The notes below the pieces were generated by a model. The model was not told the DNA's origin. It saw nothing but the letters and a program-made list of their open reading frames with translations, and did no database searches. The position numbers and the translations under genes were made by a program. From an uncultured Alphaproteobacteria bacterium (GTDB lineage: Bacteria; Pseudomonadota; Alphaproteobacteria; Rhizobiales; Xanthobacteraceae), in the NCBI GenBank assembly GCA_963822935.1, contig CAWGJP010000002.1, positions 119,381-183,380 on the forward strand: a DNA stretch of 64,000 nt, read 5' to 3'. This document shows, piece after piece, positions 10,231 to 19,595 of this stretch (the stretch's first letter is position 1; the number at the start of each line of letters is the position of its first letter).

Positions 10231-11985
10231 GTGACCGAGAACGGTGCGCGTGATTCATTTCCTCACGGCAACGCCGTAACCACCGCCGCGCCGCGGCCCG
10301 CCGCCGCTCCCCTTGATGCTGCCGAAATCTTGGACTCGGTCGGCGAAGTCGCCTACGACTGGCGCCTCGACAGCGACGAGCTTCTCTGGAGCGGCAACGC
10401 CGGCAAAGTTCTGCTGATCCCGGATATCGCGGCGGTTTCGAGCGGCCGCGCCTATGCGCAGCTCCTCGAAGCGGAGAACGCGCAGGCCCGTTTCGACGTC
10501 GTTGCCAAATCCGACAAGCGCGACGACGGCCACGGTGTTGCTTATCAAATTCAGTACCGTATGCGCCCCGATCCCGCATCAGAGACCAAATTATGGGTTG
10601 AAGACAGCGGCCGCTGGCTTGCCGGCCCCGACGGCCGACCGGCGCGTGCGCAAGGTGTGCTGCGCGTCATCAACGAGCGCTATGAGCATGAGCGCCAGCT
10701 CACATTTCTCGCCAGCCACGACGGTCTCACCGGCGAATTGAACCGTCACCGCCTGAGCGAAGTCCTCGAAGATGCGATCGATGAAGCCTTGCGCTTCCGC
10801 TCATCCTGCGGATTCCTCTTGGTCGGCATCGACAATTTGGCACGCGTCAACGAGTCCTACGGCTTCGACATCGCCGATCAGGTGATCGCCGCCGTCGCCA
10901 CGCGCCTGCACAGCCGGATGCGCGGCAAGGACACGCTCGGCCGCTTTTCCGGCAACAAATTCGGTCTCGTGCTGCGCGACTGCACCCCGGACGACATGGC
11001 GGTCGCCGCCGAGCGCATGCTTATCGCCGTTCGCGATGAGATGGTGCCAACCAGCGCCGGACCGATTGCGGTCATCGTGACCATTGGCGGCGTCACGGCG
11101 CCGCGTCACGCCCGCAGCGTCGCCGAGGTTCTTGCCCGGGCGCAGGAGAGCCTCGATACCGCCAAGGTTCGGCGCCGCGGCTCATTCCAGGCGTACCGGC
11201 CCAATGTCGAGCGCGAAGCCATGCGGCGGGACAATGTGCGCGCGACCGACGAGATCGTCGCCGCGCTCAATGAGCGGCGCATTTTTCTCGCCTATGAAAC
11301 CGTGGCCGGAGCGGCCGACCGCCAGCCCGCCTTCTACGAATGCCTGATGCGGATCCGCCGCACCGACGGCAGCCTGATCGCGGCGAACGATATAGTCCCG
11401 GTCGCGGAAAGACTCGGTCTGGTGCGCTTGCTCGATTTTCGCGTTCTCGAGCTCGTCATCGATGAAATGGCGGCAGCCCCCGCGCTGCAGACAAGCTTCA
11501 ATGTCTCGCCGGCCTCAACCACCGACCCTGACTGGTGGGCGGGGCTGGGTTCGCTGCTACGCCAGAATGGCGGTGTTGCAGAACGCCTTATCGTCGAGAT
11601 CACGGAAAGCGCGGCGATTCTTGATGTCGACGAGACCCGCGGCTTCGTCAGCCGCGTCAAAGATCTTGGCTGCCGGATCGCGATTGACGATTTTGGCGCC
11701 GGTTACACCTCGTTCCGCAACTTGCGCAAGCTCGGCGTGGACGTGGTCAAGATCGACGGCGCCTTCGTGCAAGACATTATGCGCTCGGATGACGATCGCG
11801 CCTTCGTGCGCACGCTTATCGATCTCGCCAACCGCCTCAAACTCAAGACGGTTGCCGAATGGGTCCAGGACGAAGCCGCGGCCCAAACGCTGGCAGCGTG
11901 GGGCTGCGATTATCTGCAAGGCGCGCTTCTCGGTCTGGCCACGACCGATCGGCCCTGGCGCGCAAGCCTGGCCAAAGTCGTCTGA
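10231..11985 (+). CDS. PAS-GGDEF-EAL signalling protein (degenerate GGDEF, EAL apparently intact)
   Basis: GTG start with GAGG upstream. SGNKF replaces GGDEF. The EAL domain has ECL, EITES, DDFGAGYTS, KIDGAF, AEWVQ and YLQG. Confidence 0.85.
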   Translation: MTENGARDSFPHGNAVTTAAPRPAAAPLDAAEILDSVGEVAYDWRLDSDELLWSGNAGKVLLIPDIAAVSSGRAYAQLLEAENAQARFDVVAKSDKRDDGHGVAYQIQYRMRPDPASETKLWVEDSGRWLAGPDGRPARAQGVLRVINERYEHERQLTFLASHDGLTGELNRHRLSEVLEDAIDEALRFRSSCGFLLVGIDNLARVNESYGFDIADQVIAAVATRLHSRMRGKDTLGRFSGNKFGLVLRDCTPDDMAVAAERMLIAVRDEMVPTSAGPIAVIVTIGGVTAPRHARSVAEVLARAQESLDTAKVRRRGSFQAYRPNVEREAMRRDNVRATDEIVAALNERRIFLAYETVAGAADRQPAFYECLMRIRRTDGSLIAANDIVPVAERLGLVRLLDFRVLELVIDEMAAAPALQTSFNVSPASTTDPDWWAGLGSLLRQNGGVAERLIVEITESAAILDVDETRGFVSRVKDLGCRIAIDDFGAGYTSFRNLRKLGVDVVKIDGAFVQDIMRSDDDRAFVRTLIDLANRLKLKTVAEWVQDEAAAQTLAAWGCDYLQGALLGLATTDRPWRASLAKVV

Positions 11986-12001
11986 AGCGGTTCGAAGCGA
12001 C

Positions 12002-12610
12002 TTATTCGCCGCCCGGCTCTTTCTCAGTCAGCCGATCGACTTTGCGTTTCATCTCGTCGAGCTGACGTTTGAGGTCGTCGATATCGCCCCCTTTCGGCGG
12101 CGATTTTTCCGGCTCCGCGGCAATGTCGCCGCCGGCCGTCTCGCGGCGCGCGAAGGGTGCGAACATGGCAAAGGCGCGCTCGAACATTTCCATGTTCCGC
12201 CGCACATGGTCTTCGAGCGAGGTGAAAGCGCCGACACCGAAAGCTTGCGCCATCTGATTGCGAAACTTTTCCTGTTCGCGGGTCAGCAATTCGATGGAGA
12301 CTTCGAGGTACCGCGGCACCAGCATCTGCATGCTGTCGCCGTAAAAGCGGATCAGCTGACGCAGGAAAGCGATCGGCAACAGATTTTGGCCTTCCTTGTT
12401 TTCCTGCTCGAAAATGATCTGGGCGAGGACCGACCGAGTAATCTCCTCGCCGGTCTTGGCATCGTAAACGACAAAATCCTCACCCTTCTTGACCATGGCG
12501 GCGAGGTCTTCGAGCGTGACATAGGTGCTCGTCCCGGTGTTGTAGAGCCGCCGGTTGGCGTATTTCTTGATCGTGACCGGCTCTGCGGCCTTGGCTGTCG
12601 TTTCAGTCAT
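12002..12610 (-). CDS. phaR: polyhydroxyalkanoate synthesis repressor PhaR
   Basis: TIKKYANRRLYNTGTSTYVTLEDLAAMVKKGEDFVVYDAKTGEEITRSVLAQIIFEQE is the canonical PhaR N-terminus. Confidence 0.9.
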   Translation of the reverse strand: MTETTAKAAEPVTIKKYANRRLYNTGTSTYVTLEDLAAMVKKGEDFVVYDAKTGEEITRSVLAQIIFEQENKEGQNLLPIAFLRQLIRFYGDSMQMLVPRYLEVSIELLTREQEKFRNQMAQAFGVGAFTSLEDHVRRNMEMFERAFAMFAPFARRETAGGDIAAEPEKSPPKGGDIDDLKRQLDEMKRKVDRLTEKEPGGE

Positions 12611-12622
12611 GAGATGGGACCT

Positions 12623-12632
12623 GCAATATTGC
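12623..12632. promoter_or_regulatory. perfect 10-bp palindrome GCAATATTGC in the phaR 5' leader (candidate operator)
   Basis: Seen directly 13 nt upstream of the phaR ATG, in the phaR-phaA divergent region. Confidence 0.3.
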
Positions 12633-12813
12633 TGTCAAAATAGGCGGTTTCGCGGACCCCGGCTACCTTTTTGTGGGGACCGGCGCGCCGACGCCAGCGG
12701 ACCCACCCGGCATGCCAGCAACGCGGCCGCCATGCGCCCCTTTGCGCCTTGTCGAGGCCTTGTCGCGTCCTTATGACATAGGCCTAGGATCCGCGGCTTA
12801 GTTCCGCATCTGA

Positions 12814-14019
<1,206 letters not shown>

Positions 14020-14046
14020 GGCCGCTTCGGCGATTTGATTCACGTC

Positions 14047-14069
14047 ATGGCCGGGCTTGTCCCGGCCAT
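14047..14069. repeat. REP-type GC hairpin ATGGCCGGG-cttgt-CCCGGCCAT
   Basis: 9-bp perfect stem seen directly. It translates as ..DKPGHD.. inside the spurious antisense ORF, a motif I recall as typical of Bradyrhizobium-group repeat elements. Confidence 0.5.
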
Positions 14070-14153
14070 TTACGTCCTTAAGCTGTTGCCACAATGAACC
14101 GTGGACACCGGGCACACGGCTTGGCGGAATGACCCCGGGATAGGGAGGACATC

Positions 14154-14879
14154 ATGCCCCGCGTTGCGTTGGTCACTGGGGGTACGCGCGGCATTGGCGC
14201 CGCCATTTGCAAAACGCTGAAGACGGCCGGTTATACGGTCGCGGCCAACTACGCCGGCAATGATGAGGCGGCGCAAAGCTTCAAAGCCGAAACCGGCATC
14301 AACGTCTACAAATGGGACGTGTCGTCGTTCGATGCCTGCGCCGCCGGCATCAAGCAAGTCGAGACCGAGCTCGGTCCGATCGACGTTCTGGTCAACAATG
14401 CCGGCATCACGCGCGACGGCCAATTGCATCGCATGAAGCCGGAGCAATGGACGGCAGTCATCAACACCAATCTCGGCTCGCTATTCAACATGTGCCGCAA
14501 CGTCATCGAAGGCATGCGCGAACGAAAATTTGGCCGCATCGTCAACATCTCCTCGATCAACGGCCAGAAGGGACAATTCGGCCAGGTGAACTATTCAGCG
14601 TCCAAGGCCGGCGAGATCGGCTTCACCAAGGCGCTGGCGCAGGAGGGGGCGCGCGCCGGCATTACAGTCAACGCCATATGCCCCGGCTACATCGCGACCG
14701 ACATGGTCAAGGCGATGTCGCAGGAGGTGCTGCAAAAAAGCGTCCTGCCGCAGATTCCGATCGGTCGCCTCGGCGAGCCGGAAGAAATTGCGCGCTGCGT
14801 GGTGTTCCTCGCCTCCGATGACGCGGGCTTGATCACCGGCTCGACACTGACGGCCAATGGCGGGCAATATTTCGCCTAG
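14154..14879 (+). CDS. phaB: acetoacetyl-CoA reductase
   Basis: 241-aa SDR with TGGTRGIG, NNAG and YSASKAG. It lies directly downstream of phaA. Confidence 0.9.
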   Translation: MPRVALVTGGTRGIGAAICKTLKTAGYTVAANYAGNDEAAQSFKAETGINVYKWDVSSFDACAAGIKQVETELGPIDVLVNNAGITRDGQLHRMKPEQWTAVINTNLGSLFNMCRNVIEGMRERKFGRIVNISSINGQKGQFGQVNYSASKAGEIGFTKALAQEGARAGITVNAICPGYIATDMVKAMSQEVLQKSVLPQIPIGRLGEPEEIARCVVFLASDDAGLITGSTLTANGGQYFA

Positions 14880-14927
14880 CCGCAATCCGCCTATATAATC
14901 CGAGGCCTTGCGAGGCTTCGGAACAGC

Positions 14928-16631
14928 ATGGCGTTAGCACCCCAACCGACTATCGAACGCCGCCGGGAACAGATGTTCCCCGAACTCGATCCATTGGAGA
15001 TCGAGCGCATGCGCCGGTTCGGCCAATGTCGCACTTTCGCACCCGGAGAGAAGCTCTTCACCGCCGGGGAAGTCGGACCCGGTCTCATCGTCATCATCGC
15101 CGGCAACGTCGACGTAAGCCAGAGCGATCAGGCCGGTCACCGCACGCTGATCGTCTCGCAAGGCCCCGGCCAATTCATGGGCGAGCTCGCCCAAATGGCC
15201 GGGCGGCCTTCCCTTGCCGACGCCACCGCGCAAGGGCAGGCGGACGCGCTGATCATTCCAGCTGACCGGCTGCGCGCGCTGCTGATCGCCGAGGCCGAAC
15301 TGGGCGAACGGATCATGCGCGCGCTGATCCTTCGCCGTGTCGGCCTCTTGGAGTTTGGCAGAGGCGGGCCGGTCATCGTCGGCCGCACGGAAAACAGCGA
15401 CGTGCTTCGCCTGCAAGGTTTTCTGCGGCGCAGCGCTCACCCCTTCCAATTGCTCAATCCGGAAACCGACAGCGAGGCAAAGGCGCTTGTTGAACGCTTC
15501 CATGTCGATCCCGGGCAACTCCCCATCGTGCTGTGTCCCGGCGGCCAATTGCTGCGCAACCCCGGTGAGGATGAGCTGGCGCGCTGTCTCGGGCTGGTGC
15601 GGGCAATCGATCCGGATCGTGTCTACGACGTCGCCGTGATCGGCGCCGGGCCGGCCGGGCTTGCCACCGCGGTTTATGCCGCGTCGGAGGGCCTTTCCGT
15701 CCTGGTGCTCGATTGCCGCGCTTTCGGCGGTCAAGCCGGCGCTTCGGCGCGGATTGAAAATTACCTCGGCTTTCCGACCGGAATCACCGGCATCGCCTTG
15801 ATGGCGCGCGCCTACAATCAGGCGCAAAAATTCGGCGCCGAAATGGCCATTCCGGATGAAGTCAGCGCCCTGTCGCAAAACGGTACCGCGGGCGGCTTCG
15901 TTCTGCATCTGCACAATAACGAGGAGGTCAAAGCCCGCTCGGTGGTCATCGCCAGCGGCGCGCGTTATCGCCGGCTCGCGGTCGAGAACCTTCACGAATT
16001 CGAGGGATCGAGCGTGCATTACTGGGCGACCCCGCTCGAAGCAAGGCTATGCGGCAATCAGGAAGTCGCGCTGGTCGGGGCCGGCAATTCGGCAGGTCAG
16101 GCTGCGGTCTTTCTCGCCGGCCAAGGCGTTAAGGTGCGGATGCTGGTGCGCCGGTCCGATCTCTCCGAGACCATGTCGCGTTATCTCGTCGACCGTATCG
16201 AGAGCCTCGCCAATGTTCAGATCGAGGGCGGCTGCGTGGTGAGCGGGCTTGAAGGCGGTAACGGCATGCTGGAGGCGGTGCGCTGGCGCCGCGGCGCAAG
16301 CGGCGAAGAAATACGGCGGCCGATCAACCACTTATTTTTGTTCATCGGCGCCGAGCCGAATACCGGTTGGCTTGCGAGCTCGGACATCAAGCTCGACGGC
16401 AAAGGATTCGTCGTGACCGGTGAAGATGCCGGCAGCGATCGTCACGCGCTCGAGACAACCCGGCGCGGCGTGTTCGCGATCGGCGACGTGCGCGCCAAAT
16501 CGATCAAGCGTGTCGCCGCCGCGGTCGGCGAAGGAGCCCAGGTCGTCGCCGCGCTGCATTCCTCCTTGGCCGCCACCGCAGGCCACATCGCTATGGCGAC
16601 CATCCCGGTGGCGCCAGCTCAAAGGCCTTGA
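14928..16631 (+). CDS. cyclic nucleotide-binding domain protein fused to a thioredoxin-reductase-like FAD/NAD(P) oxidoreductase
   Basis: N-terminal CAP_ED-like region (GEKLFTAGEVGPGLIVIIAGNV...FMGELAQMAGRP). C-terminal part has VAVIGAGPAGLATAVYAASEGL, LVGAGNSAGQAAVFL and VFAIGDVR. Confidence 0.8.
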   Translation: MALAPQPTIERRREQMFPELDPLEIERMRRFGQCRTFAPGEKLFTAGEVGPGLIVIIAGNVDVSQSDQAGHRTLIVSQGPGQFMGELAQMAGRPSLADATAQGQADALIIPADRLRALLIAEAELGERIMRALILRRVGLLEFGRGGPVIVGRTENSDVLRLQGFLRRSAHPFQLLNPETDSEAKALVERFHVDPGQLPIVLCPGGQLLRNPGEDELARCLGLVRAIDPDRVYDVAVIGAGPAGLATAVYAASEGLSVLVLDCRAFGGQAGASARIENYLGFPTGITGIALMARAYNQAQKFGAEMAIPDEVSALSQNGTAGGFVLHLHNNEEVKARSVVIASGARYRRLAVENLHEFEGSSVHYWATPLEARLCGNQEVALVGAGNSAGQAAVFLAGQGVKVRMLVRRSDLSETMSRYLVDRIESLANVQIEGGCVVSGLEGGNGMLEAVRWRRGASGEEIRRPINHLFLFIGAEPNTGWLASSDIKLDGKGFVVTGEDAGSDRHALETTRRGVFAIGDVRAKSIKRVAAAVGEGAQVVAALHSSLAATAGHIAMATIPVAPAQRP

Positions 16632-17016
16632 AGTCAAAGCCCGGCGCGACGGTGCAGCCGCAGAGCGTCCAGTCGCCGAGGCTTAGCGCTGCCTGCCAGG
16701 TCTGCGCTGGCACAATGGCCTGAGGCCGCTCACCCCCGTCTAGATCGGCGCCGAGCGTGACCCGCTCGATACGGCCGGGTGCTGCCGCAATCTCAAGCGC
16801 AAGCGGTGCGCCGGCGTACCAATGCCAAAGCTCCGCCGCGTCGATGCGGTGCCAATGCGAGCGTTCACCGCGGGCGAGCAGAAAATAGATCGCGGTCGAT
16901 GCGGCGCGGCCGCCGATCTGTCGGGTATCGCGAAAGGTTTCGCGGAAATGTCCGCCCTCCGGATGCGGCTGCAGCGCGAGCCTGGCGATCAACTCCACGG
17001 CTGTGGGCGAGGGCAT
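16591..17016 (-). CDS. cupin (DUF985 family) protein
   Basis: 141 aa with L.PHPEGGHFRETFR, HWHRIDAAELWHWY and GCTVAPGFDFKAFEL. Confidence 0.75.
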   Translation of the reverse strand: MPSPTAVELIARLALQPHPEGGHFRETFRDTRQIGGRAASTAIYFLLARGERSHWHRIDAAELWHWYAGAPLALEIAAAPGRIERVTLGADLDGGERPQAIVPAQTWQAALSLGDWTLCGCTVAPGFDFKAFELAPPGWSP

Positions 17017-17077
17017 GGTCTATTATCTCGCGCAATAGCGGGGTTCGGCAATGAACCCGTGCCGCGCATTCGGGTAT

Positions 17078-18145
17078 TCAACGAAATACTGCGTTCAACA
17101 GATCCATGAGCTCTCGCCGTGCCTGGGCGCCAATATTGACAAGGGGATGCTGAGGCGGTTGCCACTGTTCAGGCTGCAACGGACGCCAGTAGATCGACTG
17201 TTCACTTACCGCTTTCCAGAAGGCCACTCGCTCATTGCCGGTGGGGGGAAGCTTGTAGCCCAGCTTTTCAGCCAGGGCAGGCAGGGAGCAGTCGAACGCC
17301 GCTTTAACGAGATCGCCCCATGTCAGCGCCAGCTCGACAGCGAACAGGTAGGCAATGCGACTGATAACGGCAGCGGCGATCATCGAAAGAAAGGCGACAA
17401 TGCTGACCCAGCCGAAGGTCGCCGCTATTCCATAAAATGAGTTCACCTCTGTCCAATAGGCGGTCCAGTGGCTAGCAAAGAGAAAACGTATGGCGGCGAC
17501 GAGCGCGAAAATTCCGGCAAGCACCGCGATATTGACGGCGCAGTTCACCTGGGCGCGCGAATCCTCAAGAGCGGATTGCAGCTGTTCCGGCAGCACAGTC
17601 GCCAGATGCGGCCACAGCACTACGCTGTCGGCGCCATAGATATCGCGCGGGTAGTCTTCGAAGGCGTGCAGCGCGTTGCCGAGGCGGGTCGGCAACAACT
17701 TGTCGACCCCGCCGGGGAAGCGCCTCGTCAACTCGTAGCGGAGATCCTGCCACCGCATGCGGCTCCCGTCAGGAAAAGGTTCGCCGGCCTCGATAGCGCG
17801 CGCCCATTCGTCATCGAGCGCGGTGAACTCATCGTTGAGGGTTTCGAAACGCCGCGTCTCGCTGCGTTTCAGGAAGCCCATTGTCGATACCGGCCGCAGA
17901 TAGCCTTCCAGCATCTGCAATTCGATGAGATTTATCATCATCAGCAGAACGGACAGGACCCAGACGGCGAGGACGAAGTAGGCAAGCTTGTCCCAGCCCT
18001 TTTCATCCGTGACGGCCGTGAGCACGGCTTTCGCCCAGGCGAAATCATAGAAGAGAGCGGCTAGCCCGAGAACGAACAGCAAAGTCGGCAGAAAGAAGCC
18101 GAGGATGAATGCCTTGTCCGCCAGCTTCGGGATGGTGGACAGCAT
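17078..18145 (-). CDS. hypothetical four-TM membrane protein (355 aa), no recognised family
   Basis: Two N-terminal and two central hydrophobic spans flank a charged soluble region of about 130 aa. The ATG lies 3 nt after the stop of the upstream ORF. Confidence 0.7.
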   Translation of the reverse strand: MLSTIPKLADKAFILGFFLPTLLFVLGLAALFYDFAWAKAVLTAVTDEKGWDKLAYFVLAVWVLSVLLMMINLIELQMLEGYLRPVSTMGFLKRSETRRFETLNDEFTALDDEWARAIEAGEPFPDGSRMRWQDLRYELTRRFPGGVDKLLPTRLGNALHAFEDYPRDIYGADSVVLWPHLATVLPEQLQSALEDSRAQVNCAVNIAVLAGIFALVAAIRFLFASHWTAYWTEVNSFYGIAATFGWVSIVAFLSMIAAAVISRIAYLFAVELALTWGDLVKAAFDCSLPALAEKLGYKLPPTGNERVAFWKAVSEQSIYWRPLQPEQWQPPQHPLVNIGAQARRELMDLLNAVFR

Positions 18146-18148
18146 GGC

Positions 18149-18583
18149 CTATTTGCCACCGGGCTTGGCGCGCCCTTTGCCGATTGGGCCGCTCGATGTC
18201 GTTTGAGGCCGGCCCGCGAGCGGACTGTAGGCGCTTCGCATCGGCCCGCTGGAAGGAATGCTCGGATGGCCCGGCAACGCCGTGATGAAGTGGTGGATCG
18301 ACGCCCCATGATAGCGGCTCGGCAAATCCGGCGGCAGTTTCAATTCCTTGCCGGTCGATTGCTTGATCTCGGTGACGACGACCCGCGACAGCTCCGACAG
18401 CTCGGCTGGCGAAATGTTGTACTCGCTGAATTTCTTCGTGACGTCGAACTCGCCGCGATCGCCGATCTTACCGGCGTCCTTCATCCAAGTGGCGGTCGCT
18501 TCTTTGGCGACCTTCACGACCATTTCCGTGTGGTCGGTCGGTTCTTTCGATGTCTCGGGCGATAATGCGGGTTTTTTCGTCAT
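18149..18583 (-). CDS. hypothetical soluble protein (144 aa), no recognised family
   Basis: ATG is preceded by AGGGGA. The N-terminal half is Lys/Glu-rich and the tail is Pro/Ser/Gly-rich and basic. Co-directional and nearly abutting the four-TM gene. Confidence 0.6.
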   Translation of the reverse strand: MTKKPALSPETSKEPTDHTEMVVKVAKEATATWMKDAGKIGDRGEFDVTKKFSEYNISPAELSELSRVVVTEIKQSTGKELKLPPDLPSRYHGASIHHFITALPGHPSIPSSGPMRSAYSPLAGRPQTTSSGPIGKGRAKPGGK

Positions 18584-18666
18584 GGCCGATCCCCTACGTT
18601 AAGCGGCAGGACCAGCATAGCGGAGGCTGCAACATACACGCAATGCGTGCGGGCGAAGGGGGCGAG

Positions 18667-19434
18667 TCAGAACTTGTTCTTCCGCGACCTAATCTCCGCG
18701 AATACGTCCGCCGCCGGGCTGCCGGCAAGCCCAACCGACTTTGCCACTTCCGCCGCGTCCGCGCGCAGAAACGGATTGGCCGCTTTCTCGGCGCCGATCG
18801 TTGCCGGAATGGTCGGCTCACCCGCCGCCAAAAGCCTGGTCACCTCCTCGGCGCGCGCCGCGAGCGCCCTGTTGTTCGGCTCGATGGTCTTGGCGAAACG
18901 GATATTGGCCTCGGTATATTCGTGGCCGCAATAAAACCGGGTGTCGTCGGGCAGCGCGCGTAATTTCAGGAGCGAACGCCACATCATCTCCGGATTGCCT
19001 TCGATGACGCGGCCGCAACCGATCGAAAACAGCGTGTCGCCGACAAAGGCAAGTTTGTCTACCGGAAAAAAATACGAAATGTGCCCCGAGGTGTGACCCG
19101 GCGTTTCGATGACGCGCCCTTCGAGCGCGCCGACGCGCACGGCGTCGCCCTCGCCCACGGTTTCGTCGACATCGGCAATGCGCTCCGCCTCCGCGCGCGG
19201 CGCGACCACGCGGCATTTGTGCCGTGCTTTTAGCTCGCCGATGCCGGCGGTGTGGTCGGCATGGTGATGGGTCACCAGGATATCGGACAGCCGCCAGCCG
19301 GTCTTTTTCAGCGCAGCCTCGACCGGACCGGCTTCCGGCGCGTCGATCGACGCGGTGGTTCCGCTCGCCGAGTCGTGGATCAGAACACCGAAATTGTCCG
19401 TCAGACAGGGGAACAGATAGGTTTCAATCGCCAT
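18667..19434 (-). CDS. gloB: hydroxyacylglutathione hydrolase (glyoxalase II)
   Basis: 255 aa with a THHHADH metallo-beta-lactamase motif and FVGDTLFSIGCGR. Confidence 0.9.
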   Translation of the reverse strand: MAIETYLFPCLTDNFGVLIHDSASGTTASIDAPEAGPVEAALKKTGWRLSDILVTHHHADHTAGIGELKARHKCRVVAPRAEAERIADVDETVGEGDAVRVGALEGRVIETPGHTSGHISYFFPVDKLAFVGDTLFSIGCGRVIEGNPEMMWRSLLKLRALPDDTRFYCGHEYTEANIRFAKTIEPNNRALAARAEEVTRLLAAGEPTIPATIGAEKAANPFLRADAAEVAKSVGLAGSPAADVFAEIRSRKNKF

Positions 19435-19540
19435 GTGTCACCGTCAGTGGGGCGCGGGCGCTGCCGGCGAGCCCGGAAGCCATAATCGCACTACGCCAAA
19501 TTAGGCACTGCGAACCATTAACCGCAAGGTCAGGGCTCAA

Positions 19541-19580
19541 GGATTCCGGGCTCGTGCTGTCAGCGCGCCCTGGAATGACG
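19541..19580. repeat. REP-type imperfect inverted repeat GGATTCCGGGC...GCGCCCTGGAATGACG
   Basis: Seen directly in the gloB/methyltransferase intergenic region. It translates as ..ARPGMT.. in the spurious 5' extension of ORF 19224. Confidence 0.4.
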
Positions 19581-19595
19581 TGCTATTTTAGCGTC

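Noticed and set aside
10043-10579. N-terminal two-thirds of the 254-aa ORF 9815-10579
   Set aside because: It is extremely Arg-rich and overlaps the GGDEF-EAL gene in antisense. Only the last 75 codons were kept, as a low-confidence CDS.
14903-14924. Hairpin CCGAGGCC-ttgcga-GGCTTCGG after phaB as a terminator
   Set aside because: It has no U-tract and ends 3 nt before the next gene's ATG. It is more likely incidental or RBS-proximal structure.
14934-16019. 361-aa minus-strand ORF, plus similar long antisense ORFs at 21007-22110, 24173-25228, 35162-36172, 38988-39995, 40089-40904, 45540-46517 and 53466-54188
   Set aside because: Each overlaps a strongly supported gene on the opposite strand and has Arg/Gly/Asp/His-rich, motif-free translations.
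17078-18583. Assignment of the two-gene cassette to a known defence system (for example Kiwa KwaA-like four-TM protein)
   Set aside because: The partner is a 144-aa protein with no resemblance to KwaB/DUF4868-type proteins. I could see no nuclease, ATPase, TIR, SIR2 or cyclase motif. It is kept as unknown rather than named.
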